64,000 nt of DNA from Candidatus Atabeyarchaeum deiterrae (lineage in GTDB: Archaea; Asgardarchaeota; Atabeyarchaeia; Atabeyarchaeales; Atabeyarchaeaceae): contig CP147780.1 of the NCBI GenBank assembly GCA_037310415.1, positions 32,001-96,000 on the forward strand, written 5' to 3'. Made by a program: the position numbers and the translations under genes. How positions within the stretch are numbered: the stretch's first letter is position 1; each line of letters begins with the position of its first letter. This document shows positions 9,482 through 19,710 of the stretch, in pieces. The notes below the pieces were generated by a model, which ran no database searches, was not told the origin of the DNA, and was given only the letters and a program-made list of their open reading frames with translations.

Positions 9482-9949
9482 CTACTTGACATTGACTTCT
9501 ACGGGTATTCCTTTTCTGACTGCTTCAGTTACGATACAGTAGTCTTGGAATATCCCGAGACATCTCTCAATTCGCTTTACATCTTCAGAGGATTTGAGTT
9601 CAGGATGGAGGTCAACTTTGACTTGTTTGACTCTGAGGTAGCCTTTCTCGTTTCTAGCTATCTTCACTTCGACATCGCTATTCAGGCTCTTCAATTCGAG
9701 TTTACTCTTTTTCAAACAGAAGGCGAGGCTTGCACTTAGGCAGTTCCCTATTGCGGCTCCGAGTAGTCTGGAGGCGTTGGGTCCCTCCCCGCTTCCACCT
9801 GCTTGAGGAGGTTCATCAGCCTTCAATGATGGAACGGTAGGGATGTCGAAGCTGACAAGAAATGCTAAGTCGTTTTGCCATTCTAGCTTGATTCTGGCGG
9901 TACTCTCCTGCACTTTTCCTTCCTTCTTATCTTGCTGTCCTTCACTCAA
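9482..9949 (-). CDS. OsmC family protein
   Basis: DEP...GG.G.GPN.SRLLGAAIGNCL and second Cys in YCIVT. Confidence 0.85.
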   Translation of the reverse strand: MSEGQQDKKEGKVQESTARIKLEWQNDLAFLVSFDIPTVPSLKADEPPQAGGSGEGPNASRLLGAAIGNCLSASLAFCLKKSKLELKSLNSDVEVKIARNEKGYLRVKQVKVDLHPELKSSEDVKRIERCLGIFQDYCIVTEAVRKGIPVEVNVK

Positions 9950-10195
9950 AAGTTTCTCACCTTAAGTCTCTCCAACTTCGTTCAAGTATAGTTGTTTGTA
10001 TCTTAATAATAATCGCCTTCTTGTGTCTTTACATGTTTTCAGCGGACGGCAATAACACGGTTTCGCAGGAACTTTAACGTGAGAGTGAATTCGACAATGT
10101 TTTTATACTAGGAGATAAAGTAGGATAAACAATTCCACTTGCTTGAAAGCCGTGTCACGGCGGAGTGTTTCTTCGGCAAAAGGTGGTAACTAGAG

Positions 10196-12499
10196 ATGGA
10201 TTTCAGTCCGATGGAAAGCATCTTCCTGTGGTTAATAATAGCAATAGCGTCGGCCGGTTTGGTCTACGCGGTTGTTCTCTCACGTCAGACCATTAGACAC
10301 CCTACCGGTACAAAGGAAATGAATAAGATCTCTAGAGCCATCAGGATCGGGGCGAACTCCTACCTGAAAAAACAGCTCATGTCAATATTAGCTGTTCTTG
10401 TTCTATTAGCTATCGTGCTTTTCGTGACGGCGGCACCGCCTGGCGGCTATCCAGCAGATTATCCTTCCGTCGCTTTGGGTCGCACGCTGGCGTTTCTGAT
10501 GGGTGCTGCGTTCTCTGCCTCCGTGGGATTCATTGGTATGAACATAGCAACTCGCGCAAACGTAAGAGTTGCGGCTGCTGCAAACACAAGCTTCGGAGAC
10601 GCGCTCAAAATAGCGTATAGGGGAGGGACTGTAACTGGCATGCTGACTGATGGGCTGGGGTTGCTTGGCGGCGCACTTGTGTTCATGTTCTACCGCGAAT
10701 GGGCTTATCAGGCTCTGCTGGGATTCGGATTCGGCGGCACACTTATCGCGCTATTCTACCGAGTCGGAGGAGGGATATACACCAAAGCAGCAGATGTGGG
10801 TGCTGACCTCGTCGGCAAAGTTGAGAAGGGAATTCCTGAAGATGATCCGAGAAATGCAGCGGTAATAGCGGACCTAGTCGGAGACAACGTTGGAGACTGC
10901 GCGGGGATGGCTGCAGATATATTTGAATCCTATGAAGTGACGGAGGTCGCAGCCATGATATTGGGTATCTTGGCATTTCCACCCAGTATCTACGGGTTCA
11001 AAGCCGTCTTGTTCCCGCTTATGGTTCGTTCCATCGGTGTCCTGAGTTCGATCATCGGAACTTATGCCGTTAGAGCGCGCGGAGAAAAGGAAAGTGCGAT
11101 GAGGGCAATATTCCGTGGATACACTCTCGCCGCAGTCATCTCGATAGCGGGGTTCATCATTCTCAGCTTCCTCTATATGCAGGGACTCACTGATGAAAAT
11201 GGTCTACCTGTTGCGTGGTGGAAGTTCCCAATTGCTATCGGAGCTGGAATCGTTCTCGCAGTTTCGACCAACCGCTTGACGGAACATTTCACGGGAACGG
11301 AACGGGCACCTGTCAAAGGAATGGCAAAATCTTGCCAGACCGGAGCTGCTACCAACATTCTCGCCGGCATTGCCGTAGGATACGAGTCGAGCGTTTGGGC
11401 AATTCTAACCATAGGGGTAGCAATACTTGTTTCCGTGGTAATCTTTGGTTCGCTCGGAACAATTGCGTTCTATGGAGTTGCGCTTTGTGGGATCGGGCAG
11501 CTAACACTTACAGGAAATAACGTTGCCATGGATAGTTTCGGACCGATTTCAGATAACGCAAATGGAATAGCTGAGATGGCTAAAGCAGAGCCATTGAGTG
11601 ACAAAGGCAGAAAGGTACTAGCTGACTTGGATGCCGTCGGCAATACCACTAAAGCAGTAACAAAAGCCATAGCAATAGGTTCAGCGGTAATTGCAGCAGT
11701 ATCACTCTTCAAATCGTACACGACCGATGTTCCTCATGAGGTAGGCATGCCAGCATTTACCTTGGATCTCGCAGTGCCTTTGGTCTTCATTGGCTTACTC
11801 GTTGGAGGAGCAATACCGTTCTTGTTCAGTTCCATTGCAGTTAGAGCAGTCGGTAGAGCTGCGTCCAAAATGGTTGGAGAGGTTAGAAGACAGTTCTCAG
11901 AGATCAAAGGACTTTGGGAAGGGAAGGCCGAACCTGACTACGCTAGGTGCGTTGGCATTTCAACCAGGGCTGCCCAGAAGGAGTTGATTGTTCTAGGAGT
12001 GTTGGCGATAGTTTCACCGCTACTTGTCGGACTTCTTCTTAGTGGCGTAGCCTTGGGTGGATTCCTTGCAGGTGCTATCCTAGCCAGCCAGTTGTTAGCT
12101 GTGTTTATGTCTACGGCTGGTGGAGCGTGGGACAACGCAAAAAAGAGCATAGAAGACGGTCTACTCGGAGGAAAGGGTTCGGAGGCGCATACGGCTTCAG
12201 TTATTGGGGACACAGTAGGAGACCCCCTCAAAGACACTGCAGGACCAGCATTGAATCCGATGATGAAAGTGATAAACTTGATCTCGATAATCATGGGATC
12301 CTTGATACTTCAGAATTCCTTGATAACCAGCAATCTTACATTCAACCCATCAATCTGGATAGTCATCGTTGTGGTGCTGTTGACCGTGGCGGTTGCGGCG
12401 GTGCTCTGGTACAGCAAGAGGGAAACTGAGGTCATTGGAGAGAAAAAGGAAGAAGTGAATATGAAGCCCAAGCAACAGAAGCCTCGTGCCAAGAAGTGA
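10196..12499 (+). CDS. hppA: Membrane-bound pyrophosphatase, probably K+-independent H+-pumping type
   Basis: GGGIYTKAADVGADLVGKVE, EDDPRN, DNVGD, GGAWDNAKK, GDTVGDPLKDTAGP; Lys in GNTTKA marks the K+-independent class. Confidence 0.95.
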   Translation: MDFSPMESIFLWLIIAIASAGLVYAVVLSRQTIRHPTGTKEMNKISRAIRIGANSYLKKQLMSILAVLVLLAIVLFVTAAPPGGYPADYPSVALGRTLAFLMGAAFSASVGFIGMNIATRANVRVAAAANTSFGDALKIAYRGGTVTGMLTDGLGLLGGALVFMFYREWAYQALLGFGFGGTLIALFYRVGGGIYTKAADVGADLVGKVEKGIPEDDPRNAAVIADLVGDNVGDCAGMAADIFESYEVTEVAAMILGILAFPPSIYGFKAVLFPLMVRSIGVLSSIIGTYAVRARGEKESAMRAIFRGYTLAAVISIAGFIILSFLYMQGLTDENGLPVAWWKFPIAIGAGIVLAVSTNRLTEHFTGTERAPVKGMAKSCQTGAATNILAGIAVGYESSVWAILTIGVAILVSVVIFGSLGTIAFYGVALCGIGQLTLTGNNVAMDSFGPISDNANGIAEMAKAEPLSDKGRKVLADLDAVGNTTKAVTKAIAIGSAVIAAVSLFKSYTTDVPHEVGMPAFTLDLAVPLVFIGLLVGGAIPFLFSSIAVRAVGRAASKMVGEVRRQFSEIKGLWEGKAEPDYARCVGISTRAAQKELIVLGVLAIVSPLLVGLLLSGVALGGFLAGAILASQLLAVFMSTAGGAWDNAKKSIEDGLLGGKGSEAHTASVIGDTVGDPLKDTAGPALNPMMKVINLISIIMGSLILQNSLITSNLTFNPSIWIVIVVVLLTVAVAAVLWYSKRETEVIGEKKEEVNMKPKQQKPRAKK

Positions 12500-12689
12500 G
12501 TTAAGACTTACCTCTACTCTATTTTTCTGACTTGACCCACTCACTCTGTTGCAGTCGCCCAAGACCGCTCATGCAATGCAGAATGAAGATTCAGAACTTC
12601 AGGCCTGCGGCTTCACGACTTGGTCACTATTTTGCTTAAACTACTAATCATCAATAAAAATAAGGAAGTTAAAGAGCGGATGACTTAGC

Positions 12690-15164
12690 CTACGCTCTTC
12701 TCCGTCTATCAATAAAGAAGGACACTGCCAGTGCCAGCACCATAGCCACGAATACCACAATGATTATGGTGGGAACGTTCGAGGGTTGCAATGTCGGAGG
12801 CGGAGGCGAAGCAGCGCCGGCAACGTAGGTATAGGTGGAGTTTGTAGATATTCGACCCTTTGAGTCGGTTGCACTAACATGTATGTTCAGGAGTGTGTTG
12901 AAATTCAGAACCGGTGCCTGATAGATCGCCCTATAGGATTTCGTGGTTGAGTTCCAAGTCGCCACTATCTGGGTGACTTGTCCAGTGGTGCCGACCTCAA
13001 TGGTGACCTTGACTGTTCCGTTGAACAGAAATGTCGGCTGACCAACGTAGGAGAGATTTCCAATTATCGTTAGATTCTGGTTTGGCGCTAGGATCGTTGA
13101 TGGAGTTAGACTTAGCGTTGGTGCATTGAGTTCATAATCTTCCACGGTAACGACTCCTGTCCACCTTGTTGCGACGTATCCGCTTGGATCAAGCGAGGTA
13201 ACTTGGATTCCGTACACTCCTTCGCCTGTAACTGAGAGCTGGTATACGTAGCTAGACCCGTTCCAAGGAAATGCTGTATTGATAATGACCGAGCCACTCG
13301 TATTGGTTACAGTCACATTGACTCCCGTCAGACCTTCCAGATCGATGAGTGACGATGAATTCACAATTTCGATTGTTGCAGTCGGCGTGGTATCCGAAAG
13401 ATGCCCAGTGATGCTTGCTGAGGCTGTGGCAGTGAAGTTGTTAAAGAGGAGTAGCGTGCAGTTTATTGTTTGGCCGCTCGCCAATGTATACTGCGGGAGA
13501 AATGAAAAACCATCTCTATACAACTTCATGAGCTTAGTCGCAGGGTTGTATAACCAACTAGTTCTGGAAAGTCTGCTGTCATTCAGGTAAATGTTATCAG
13601 TTAGACTGAATATCGGTGCAAGGGTGACTGAAGATTCGGATAGAGATACGTTTTTGACGTCTGAGTGAGTGTATATGAATTGTAGTCTCAATGAGCCTGG
13701 ACCCGCAAACGAAAGTCCCGTAGTAATATTATATAGCTGGACCCACGCCACCACACTCAAGCTACCGTCTCTCGGAAAATTCGTACTATTGACAAGCTTG
13801 AGGTTGAAATTGATTGTCCACGGCGACGAATTCAGAACGCCTGGTCTTTGTAGGTCTCTTGTGCCAAGCGATGTATACATGTCAGCGAAATTACCGGAGA
13901 CAGCTGAAGGCGTCGTGTTTACAATATTTCTCATCTTCATGTCGTTTACTTTTATTTTGTATCCAGTAGAAAACAGGTTGCCGGTCCCAAACGTGTAGTA
14001 CCAGACCTTGTACGTGAAGTTGAGTGACGGTATCGGGTACTCACTTGTGAAGCGTATTTGGGGATTAGGGGTGCTTGCCCATATCGACTGGTTCCACATG
14101 AGATTGTCGCCAACTGGAATGTTGTTAATCGCGAGATTTATCCCCGAGGGATATGGGGAGTCAGGGATTGGGCGAACGTTTAACTTAAACCCGCCGAAGT
14201 AGTAGGTCGACCCAGTAATGTTGACAGTATTCTCCCAGTTAACGCCTCTGTTGTATGTCAACCAGCCGAACGAGGTGTTTGATGGTCTATTGGAAAGTGC
14301 AGTGCTGGTAAGATATCCGCCTCCAGAAGAGGCCCAACCCTGCGTGTGAAGTACGATGAAGTAGGAACCTGGTTGAAGGTTCACATTGGGGATTGAAAAC
14401 GTTGTGGCCGTACGCCCAGTGTTTATCATTGTGCTTGGAAATGTTACAGATTTTATCAGGCTTCCGACTTTGTTGTCAGATGTTGAACTTCTAACCTCAA
14501 TGGTAATATTAGTACCAGTCCCCAGAAATCTCTGCAATTCTACTAGAACTGTGAGGTTCTTGGCTTGATTGGCTATCAAGAAAGACTGAGCTACACCCAT
14601 GTTGCCGTCTATCGGAGGGTATGTTGAGTTGGTTGATGCTCTCGCAGTAACCCAACCTATGGATTCACCTATTCTGAAACCTGTGACCGTGAACTGAGCT
14701 TGATAGATCGTTGAGTTGGCGGGAACATGTGTTCCAAGGTTATACTGGTCATAGTATCTGGGCACGTCCGTTCCCTGTTGAATAGTGGTAACGTGCCATT
14801 GCACGTTGGTAGTGTTCGTGAAAACTGCTTTCGCTATTGTTCCGTTGAAAAATGTTAGCCCAAGCGCTGAGGCGTTCCAGTTGGTTGGCAAAGACAGGGA
14901 GAAGTTGCCTCCCAAAGATGGAATATACCAATTGTTCACGTTGTATAAGTGGTATCCATATAGGTAGACGTCAGGATCAAATAAGCTGGTATTGCTGGGA
15001 CCACTATTAGCTGAAGGTTTGGCGGAAGCTAATGACATGGCAGGTTGCATTTGTGCGTCAATTAGCAGTCCAACCATCAGTGATGTGATAAGTACGAGTG
15101 CCAGAAGATCATTCCGTCTGCTTTTTCCACGCGAGGGGTAGGTTCTATGCTTCATCACTGCCAT
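12690..15164 (-). CDS. Membrane-anchored cell-surface (glyco)protein
   Basis: N-terminal signal/TM; Ser/Thr/Asn-rich beta domains with many N-x-S/T sequons; PPPP linker; C-terminal TM and RRRR tail. Confidence 0.7.
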   Translation of the reverse strand: MAVMKHRTYPSRGKSRRNDLLALVLITSLMVGLLIDAQMQPAMSLASAKPSANSGPSNTSLFDPDVYLYGYHLYNVNNWYIPSLGGNFSLSLPTNWNASALGLTFFNGTIAKAVFTNTTNVQWHVTTIQQGTDVPRYYDQYNLGTHVPANSTIYQAQFTVTGFRIGESIGWVTARASTNSTYPPIDGNMGVAQSFLIANQAKNLTVLVELQRFLGTGTNITIEVRSSTSDNKVGSLIKSVTFPSTMINTGRTATTFSIPNVNLQPGSYFIVLHTQGWASSGGGYLTSTALSNRPSNTSFGWLTYNRGVNWENTVNITGSTYYFGGFKLNVRPIPDSPYPSGINLAINNIPVGDNLMWNQSIWASTPNPQIRFTSEYPIPSLNFTYKVWYYTFGTGNLFSTGYKIKVNDMKMRNIVNTTPSAVSGNFADMYTSLGTRDLQRPGVLNSSPWTINFNLKLVNSTNFPRDGSLSVVAWVQLYNITTGLSFAGPGSLRLQFIYTHSDVKNVSLSESSVTLAPIFSLTDNIYLNDSRLSRTSWLYNPATKLMKLYRDGFSFLPQYTLASGQTINCTLLLFNNFTATASASITGHLSDTTPTATIEIVNSSSLIDLEGLTGVNVTVTNTSGSVIINTAFPWNGSSYVYQLSVTGEGVYGIQVTSLDPSGYVATRWTGVVTVEDYELNAPTLSLTPSTILAPNQNLTIIGNLSYVGQPTFLFNGTVKVTIEVGTTGQVTQIVATWNSTTKSYRAIYQAPVLNFNTLLNIHVSATDSKGRISTNSTYTYVAGAASPPPPTLQPSNVPTIIIVVFVAMVLALAVSFFIDRRRRA

Positions 15165-15328
15165 TTCAACTCATCACCACAGTCGAACTGATGAAAAGGT
15201 TGATTCTTCCTTAGTAAGCTTTCTCACTAGCGTTTGTGGATCTGCATTATGTTAGCTATGGAAATCATGGTTCTCCTAAAAATGCCTTTTGGTTGACTTA
15301 TATACTATACGCTATGAATTGGGCCTGA

Positions 15329-16939
15329 TTATGAGACTATTGATGACAGATCTCTGAAGATGTTCTCTTTGGAGAGTGCTTTGTAGGTTTTCTCATAGAT
15401 ATTGAAAAGCTTCGAGTACAGTTTGGAGTTATCTTGATTCGGAGTGTATCTCGCTGTCACTGAAACCATTTCATTTGCTGCTTCAACAACTCCTTTGTAG
15501 ACTCCTGCGCCGACGCCAGCTAGTATTGCTGCCCCTAGTGAGGTTGCTTCTTCGACGGATCCTGTTAGCACTGGCAGACCAGTTACATCAGATTGTATCT
15601 GATTCCAAGTGGGGCTTCTGGTGGCGCCACCTGTCACTCTGAGTTCATGGAGGTCGGTTCCCATCTCCCTCATTACTTCGATATTTTCTTTTATTTCGAA
15701 TCCTGTGCCTTCCATTATGGCTCTAACCAGACAACCTCTCTCATGACCGAGAGTGAACCCTATTATGACTCCTCTGTCAAACGGATTCCAGTGTGGCGCA
15801 CCAGATCCCATGCAATGAGGAATGAGTAATATGCCCCTTGAACCCACGGGGATCTTAGCCGCTTCATCATTAAGCAATTCATAAGGATCTTTTCCAGATC
15901 GCTCAGCCTCCATCTTCTCAGCCTTCGAGAACTGGTCTCTGAACCATCTGTAGACAGCCCCAGTTGTGAATATGCTTGCCTCATTCACCCATTTCCCAGG
16001 AATAGCGTGACAACTGCATAGTACTCTTCTCTTCTCGTCGTATTTCGGTTCATCGAGGAAAGCGAGTATGAAGGTTCCAGTTCCTGTTGTCGCGTTCACA
16101 CGTCCTGCTTCTGTTGCGCCCACGCCTAGCGCTGCCGCTTGCTGGTCTCCCGCCCCTGTAATGATTGGCGTCTCCTTTGCGAAGCCAGTTTCCTCTGAGG
16201 ATTTGGATGACACTTCACCGATTCTCATCCCTGATGGCCGTAGTGTTGGCATCTTTTCATTTGGAATCTGAAGTTCCTGACATATTTCGTCTGACCATTT
16301 TGTTTTCCTTATGTCGAATAGCATCGTCCGTGAGGCGTTACTGTACTCAGTCACGAACTCTCCGCTCAACTTCATTATCACATAGTCATGTACCAAGAGG
16401 AATTTGTATGTCTTGGAGAAGATCTCTTGCTCATTTTTCTTTATCCAGAGGATTTTCGGAGCTGAGAAATAGGGGTCAATTGTCAGACCCGTTGTGGCGT
16501 AGATCTTCTGGGCACCTATGTTTGTGGCAATCTTGTTGCATTCTTCCGTGGTTCGTCGGTCCTGCCATACTATTGCTTTTCTCAATGGTTCTCCTTGGGA
16601 ACTAACGGGGACAATGGTTTCTCTCTGATTAGTAACGCTGATTCCTCGGATATCATCAGGGTGAACCTTTGATTTTTTGATAGCGGTCTTTGCAGTACTA
16701 CAGACCGCTCTCCACCATTCTAGCGCATCCTGTTCTACCCACGAGGGAGATGGAAAGTGGGTTGGATACTCTTGGTACGATTTGGAGACAATTTTCCCGT
16801 TAGTATCGAATATGATTGTTCTACATCCCGTCGTTCCAACATCAATGGCAACGAGAAGTTCATTCTTCAATGGTTGATCTCTCTCCTTGACATAGCTAAC
16901 AATCATTCTGACATATGATTTATGGAAATTTGAGGACAA
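15329..16939 (-). CDS. FGGY carbohydrate kinase (xylulokinase-like)
   Basis: IDVGTTGCR, TNQRET, WQDRR, GAGDQQAA, TGTG, GG..RS..W.QI; true start probably slightly downstream. Confidence 0.9.
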   Translation of the reverse strand: MSSNFHKSYVRMIVSYVKERDQPLKNELLVAIDVGTTGCRTIIFDTNGKIVSKSYQEYPTHFPSPSWVEQDALEWWRAVCSTAKTAIKKSKVHPDDIRGISVTNQRETIVPVSSQGEPLRKAIVWQDRRTTEECNKIATNIGAQKIYATTGLTIDPYFSAPKILWIKKNEQEIFSKTYKFLLVHDYVIMKLSGEFVTEYSNASRTMLFDIRKTKWSDEICQELQIPNEKMPTLRPSGMRIGEVSSKSSEETGFAKETPIITGAGDQQAAALGVGATEAGRVNATTGTGTFILAFLDEPKYDEKRRVLCSCHAIPGKWVNEASIFTTGAVYRWFRDQFSKAEKMEAERSGKDPYELLNDEAAKIPVGSRGILLIPHCMGSGAPHWNPFDRGVIIGFTLGHERGCLVRAIMEGTGFEIKENIEVMREMGTDLHELRVTGGATRSPTWNQIQSDVTGLPVLTGSVEEATSLGAAILAGVGAGVYKGVVEAANEMVSVTARYTPNQDNSKLYSKLFNIYEKTYKALSKENIFRDLSSIVS

Positions 16940-17172
16940 TGCAACGGCAACGATACTACATTTCGGTTCTTAGAACTATTTCTCACTACAGTAATATAAG
17001 GAGAGGAGAAAATCCGTTCTTCCCATAACTCGCAACATAACGATGCTGAGAAAAGAACACCATTGATCAAGATTGCGAGGATTGCAACCAAAAAAAAGTG
17101 AGCAATTGAATTCTGGCTCTATTTTAAATATGTCACTCATCGATCATTACGTTTTAGGAGGATGAATAGAAG

Positions 17173-17307
17173 ATGGTTTGTAGTAGCTTAGATCAAAAGA
17201 ACAAGAAATGCAAAGAAACAGGAATGAAGATATATGAAGGAATGGACGTTCCATGCGAAGTTGTTAGCTCGCCATCCAAGTGTAAGGTAGTCGCAATTAG
17301 AAAATAA
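17173..17307 (+). CDS. 44-aa four-Cys microprotein (not in ORF track)
   Basis: MVCSSLDQKNKKCKETGMKIYEGMDVPCEVVSSPSKCKVVAIRK; TATA-like TTTTAAATA at about 17122 and AGGAGG at 17156-17161. Confidence 0.5.
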   Translation: MVCSSLDQKNKKCKETGMKIYEGMDVPCEVVSSPSKCKVVAIRK

Positions 17308-17366
17308 ACAACTAAGGGAAGCTTAAGCCCAGTGGGTCGAAAACCACAACTGTCAATTCGTTTCCT

Positions 17367-18452
17367 TTAGGAGAGAGCTCTTCGAAGTTCGTCTTCAAGT
17401 CTCTGCAGCTCTTCATATGGAACCCCCAAGCTTTTGGCCATGTGCTCTTGTGAGATTTCTATTCCACTTTCACTTGCTGCGATTTTTGCCGCAACAACGA
17501 AATCAGCTGTCCTGAGTTTTCCGCTTACTGAGGGGTTTCTTAGTCTTTCCTTCTTAACTTCATTTAAGAGTTTGGCCATTGTGCATATAATCTGGAAGTT
17601 GAGCTTGCTGTCCTTCGCGACTGAAATTAGCTGAAATATCTCTTCATTGGTTAACATGGCATAGAATGTTCTCAAGTATCCCATCATGTTTTGTTCATTC
17701 AATTCACACTCGACTCTACCCCACTCGTTGATTGAGAACAGTTTTCTCCGGTATATTGAAGCGAAGTCGATCCCAAGAGCTTGAAGCAGTTTCATCACGG
17801 TATCCGAGAGCTCATTAACTATGATCAGTATGTATTGTTGAAGACCATATGAGATATGTTGCTCCATGGCATAGATTGATTTCTGAGACATACTGGCCAG
17901 GATTTTCGTTTTCACTGAGCGCACGTCGCTCAGGGATCTGTTGAGAGATGCTTCGAAGAAGACTAAGTTTGCTTCTTTCATGTCGTAGTTTCGCACCGTG
18001 AATCCAACCAAGGAATCCTTGTGTGCGCCAGCAAACTCCTCCAATCCTCGCACGGTTGGACTTATGCCGAGCTCTTTCAGATCTTTCTCATCAAGAGTTA
18101 CATAATCGCCCTGTCCTCTTCCGTAGCACAGACGAACAGAGTCAACATTCAACCCATAATCTTTTCCCAGAGAATTTCTCAGGGCGTAGTCTACTTGGAA
18201 GATCTCACTGAATATCTCAGGCGAGGCGACAACCTGCTCCCATGGTTGAGGTTCAACGCCTGGCATGAAGTTGACAACCGGTGCTTCTGAGGCCGTTACG
18301 TGGATCTTGTATTTAGTTAGTTCTTTCTTCACAGTATAAGCTATATCTCGCGCTCTATGTGAAGCTATGAGTGAAGTCGTGTCATTGACTACTGCTCTGA
18401 ATTCCTTCTGGCTTCCTATAACAGGTTCAAAACGTCTCCAATTAATCTCCAA
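17367..18452 (-). CDS. Hypothetical protein with C-terminal TFB/cyclin-like helical domain
   Basis: 361 aa; C-terminus SGK...VAAKIAASESGIEISQEHMAKSLGVPYEELQRLEDEL resembles the second TFB repeat with its HTH. Confidence 0.55.
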   Translation of the reverse strand: MEINWRRFEPVIGSQKEFRAVVNDTTSLIASHRARDIAYTVKKELTKYKIHVTASEAPVVNFMPGVEPQPWEQVVASPEIFSEIFQVDYALRNSLGKDYGLNVDSVRLCYGRGQGDYVTLDEKDLKELGISPTVRGLEEFAGAHKDSLVGFTVRNYDMKEANLVFFEASLNRSLSDVRSVKTKILASMSQKSIYAMEQHISYGLQQYILIIVNELSDTVMKLLQALGIDFASIYRRKLFSINEWGRVECELNEQNMMGYLRTFYAMLTNEEIFQLISVAKDSKLNFQIICTMAKLLNEVKKERLRNPSVSGKLRTADFVVAAKIAASESGIEISQEHMAKSLGVPYEELQRLEDELRRALS

Positions 18453-18724
18453 GAATAACGCCCCGAAAAGCTAGTCTTTAGGTAGCAGCGGAAAGCAATT
18501 CGCGGTCTTGATACATTATACTATGGTACAGTATGAATAAGAACCTTTTTGCATAACTTGACGTTAAGATGACTTCCCGCAGGGGTCTGCAACAACCCAA
18601 TTCGATCTATGCGCAAACTCTTGGGAGTTCTTTGCGATGACAGTGTCTTATAAGAGTATCCTACCACCCACAATCTAACATATATTAACGGAATCGACTT
18701 CTTATCTTCGAATCACAAGGTTTC

Positions 18725-19441
18725 ATGGCGAGCAAAATGTCTCCAATGGGTATAGGCAGATCGATTGAACACATTACTAGGTTGCTAGATGAGAAGAAAA
18801 CTATGAGGATTGGTGTGAAGTCACCCTGTGGCTTCGACGATATTCAAGAGCAAACTAAAGCATCCTTTGAATTCGTGCAATTTGCTTACTCTTATATGGA
18901 GTCTGGTGACTATTGGCTTGCGATAGCTAATTTCCTGGAGGATCTCAAGTATTACAGATCGTTGGGTGAAATAGGCAAGTGTGGCCATGTTTTGGTCGAG
19001 ATCGCTGACTGCCTCTTCTCGGTCAAGGAGTGGACTGCTTCAATTGAGTGTTGCGAAGAAGCTCTTCGTCTCTTGGTTTCAGGCAGAGATGAGCATGTTT
19101 GGGTTCGAGGGATGGCGGCTCTCAGTGAACTTCTTTTGATGGCTGTCGCTCTTAACTCAGGTGGAATCGATGAAGCTTTGAAGACTTTGCGAAGGGTTAG
19201 ATCAGCGTTGACACCAGGAGAGAGAAGGATTCTTTCCAACGAAGATGCTCATAGAGTTGCTCGAAGGTTGATCATAGCATACAGGGCAGGAAGTAGCAAG
19301 CCTCTCGAAGAACTTGCAGAAATAGTGCCCAAGAGAAAGAGGTTGTTGGAAGAGCAGAGTCTTCTCGCTCTTTTCCATGAATGGGCTAAGCATTACAGTT
19401 CTCTGAAATACTTGGTGGAGAAGAGTATTCATGATGGATAA
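18725..19441 (+). CDS. TPR/SNAP-like helical repeat protein
   Basis: AYSYMESGDYWLAIANF...IADCLFSVKEWTASIECCEEAL repeat pattern. Confidence 0.55.
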   Translation: MASKMSPMGIGRSIEHITRLLDEKKTMRIGVKSPCGFDDIQEQTKASFEFVQFAYSYMESGDYWLAIANFLEDLKYYRSLGEIGKCGHVLVEIADCLFSVKEWTASIECCEEALRLLVSGRDEHVWVRGMAALSELLLMAVALNSGGIDEALKTLRRVRSALTPGERRILSNEDAHRVARRLIIAYRAGSSKPLEELAEIVPKRKRLLEEQSLLALFHEWAKHYSSLKYLVEKSIHDG

Positions 19442-19710
19442 TTTGCGTGACCGGTTCTTCGAGTTTAAGGAACCACGGTGCATGAAAAGGGCGCCTCACG
19501 GCAAGTGAAGTAGTGGCGACTCGTCACCGGCTCTTCCGATGATCATCCAAAACGCCCGAGATCGTCACACGGGGATAAATTCGTCATCGTCGCCATTTAG
19601 AGTCATGACAAGTCAAGGTATTAAACCTAACTCTCCATTGGACTAGATCGTTAATCAAGTGTTCATTGCGGTGTTTGTCTCGTCTTCCCTGAGTTGGTGG
19701 GTGAATGTGT

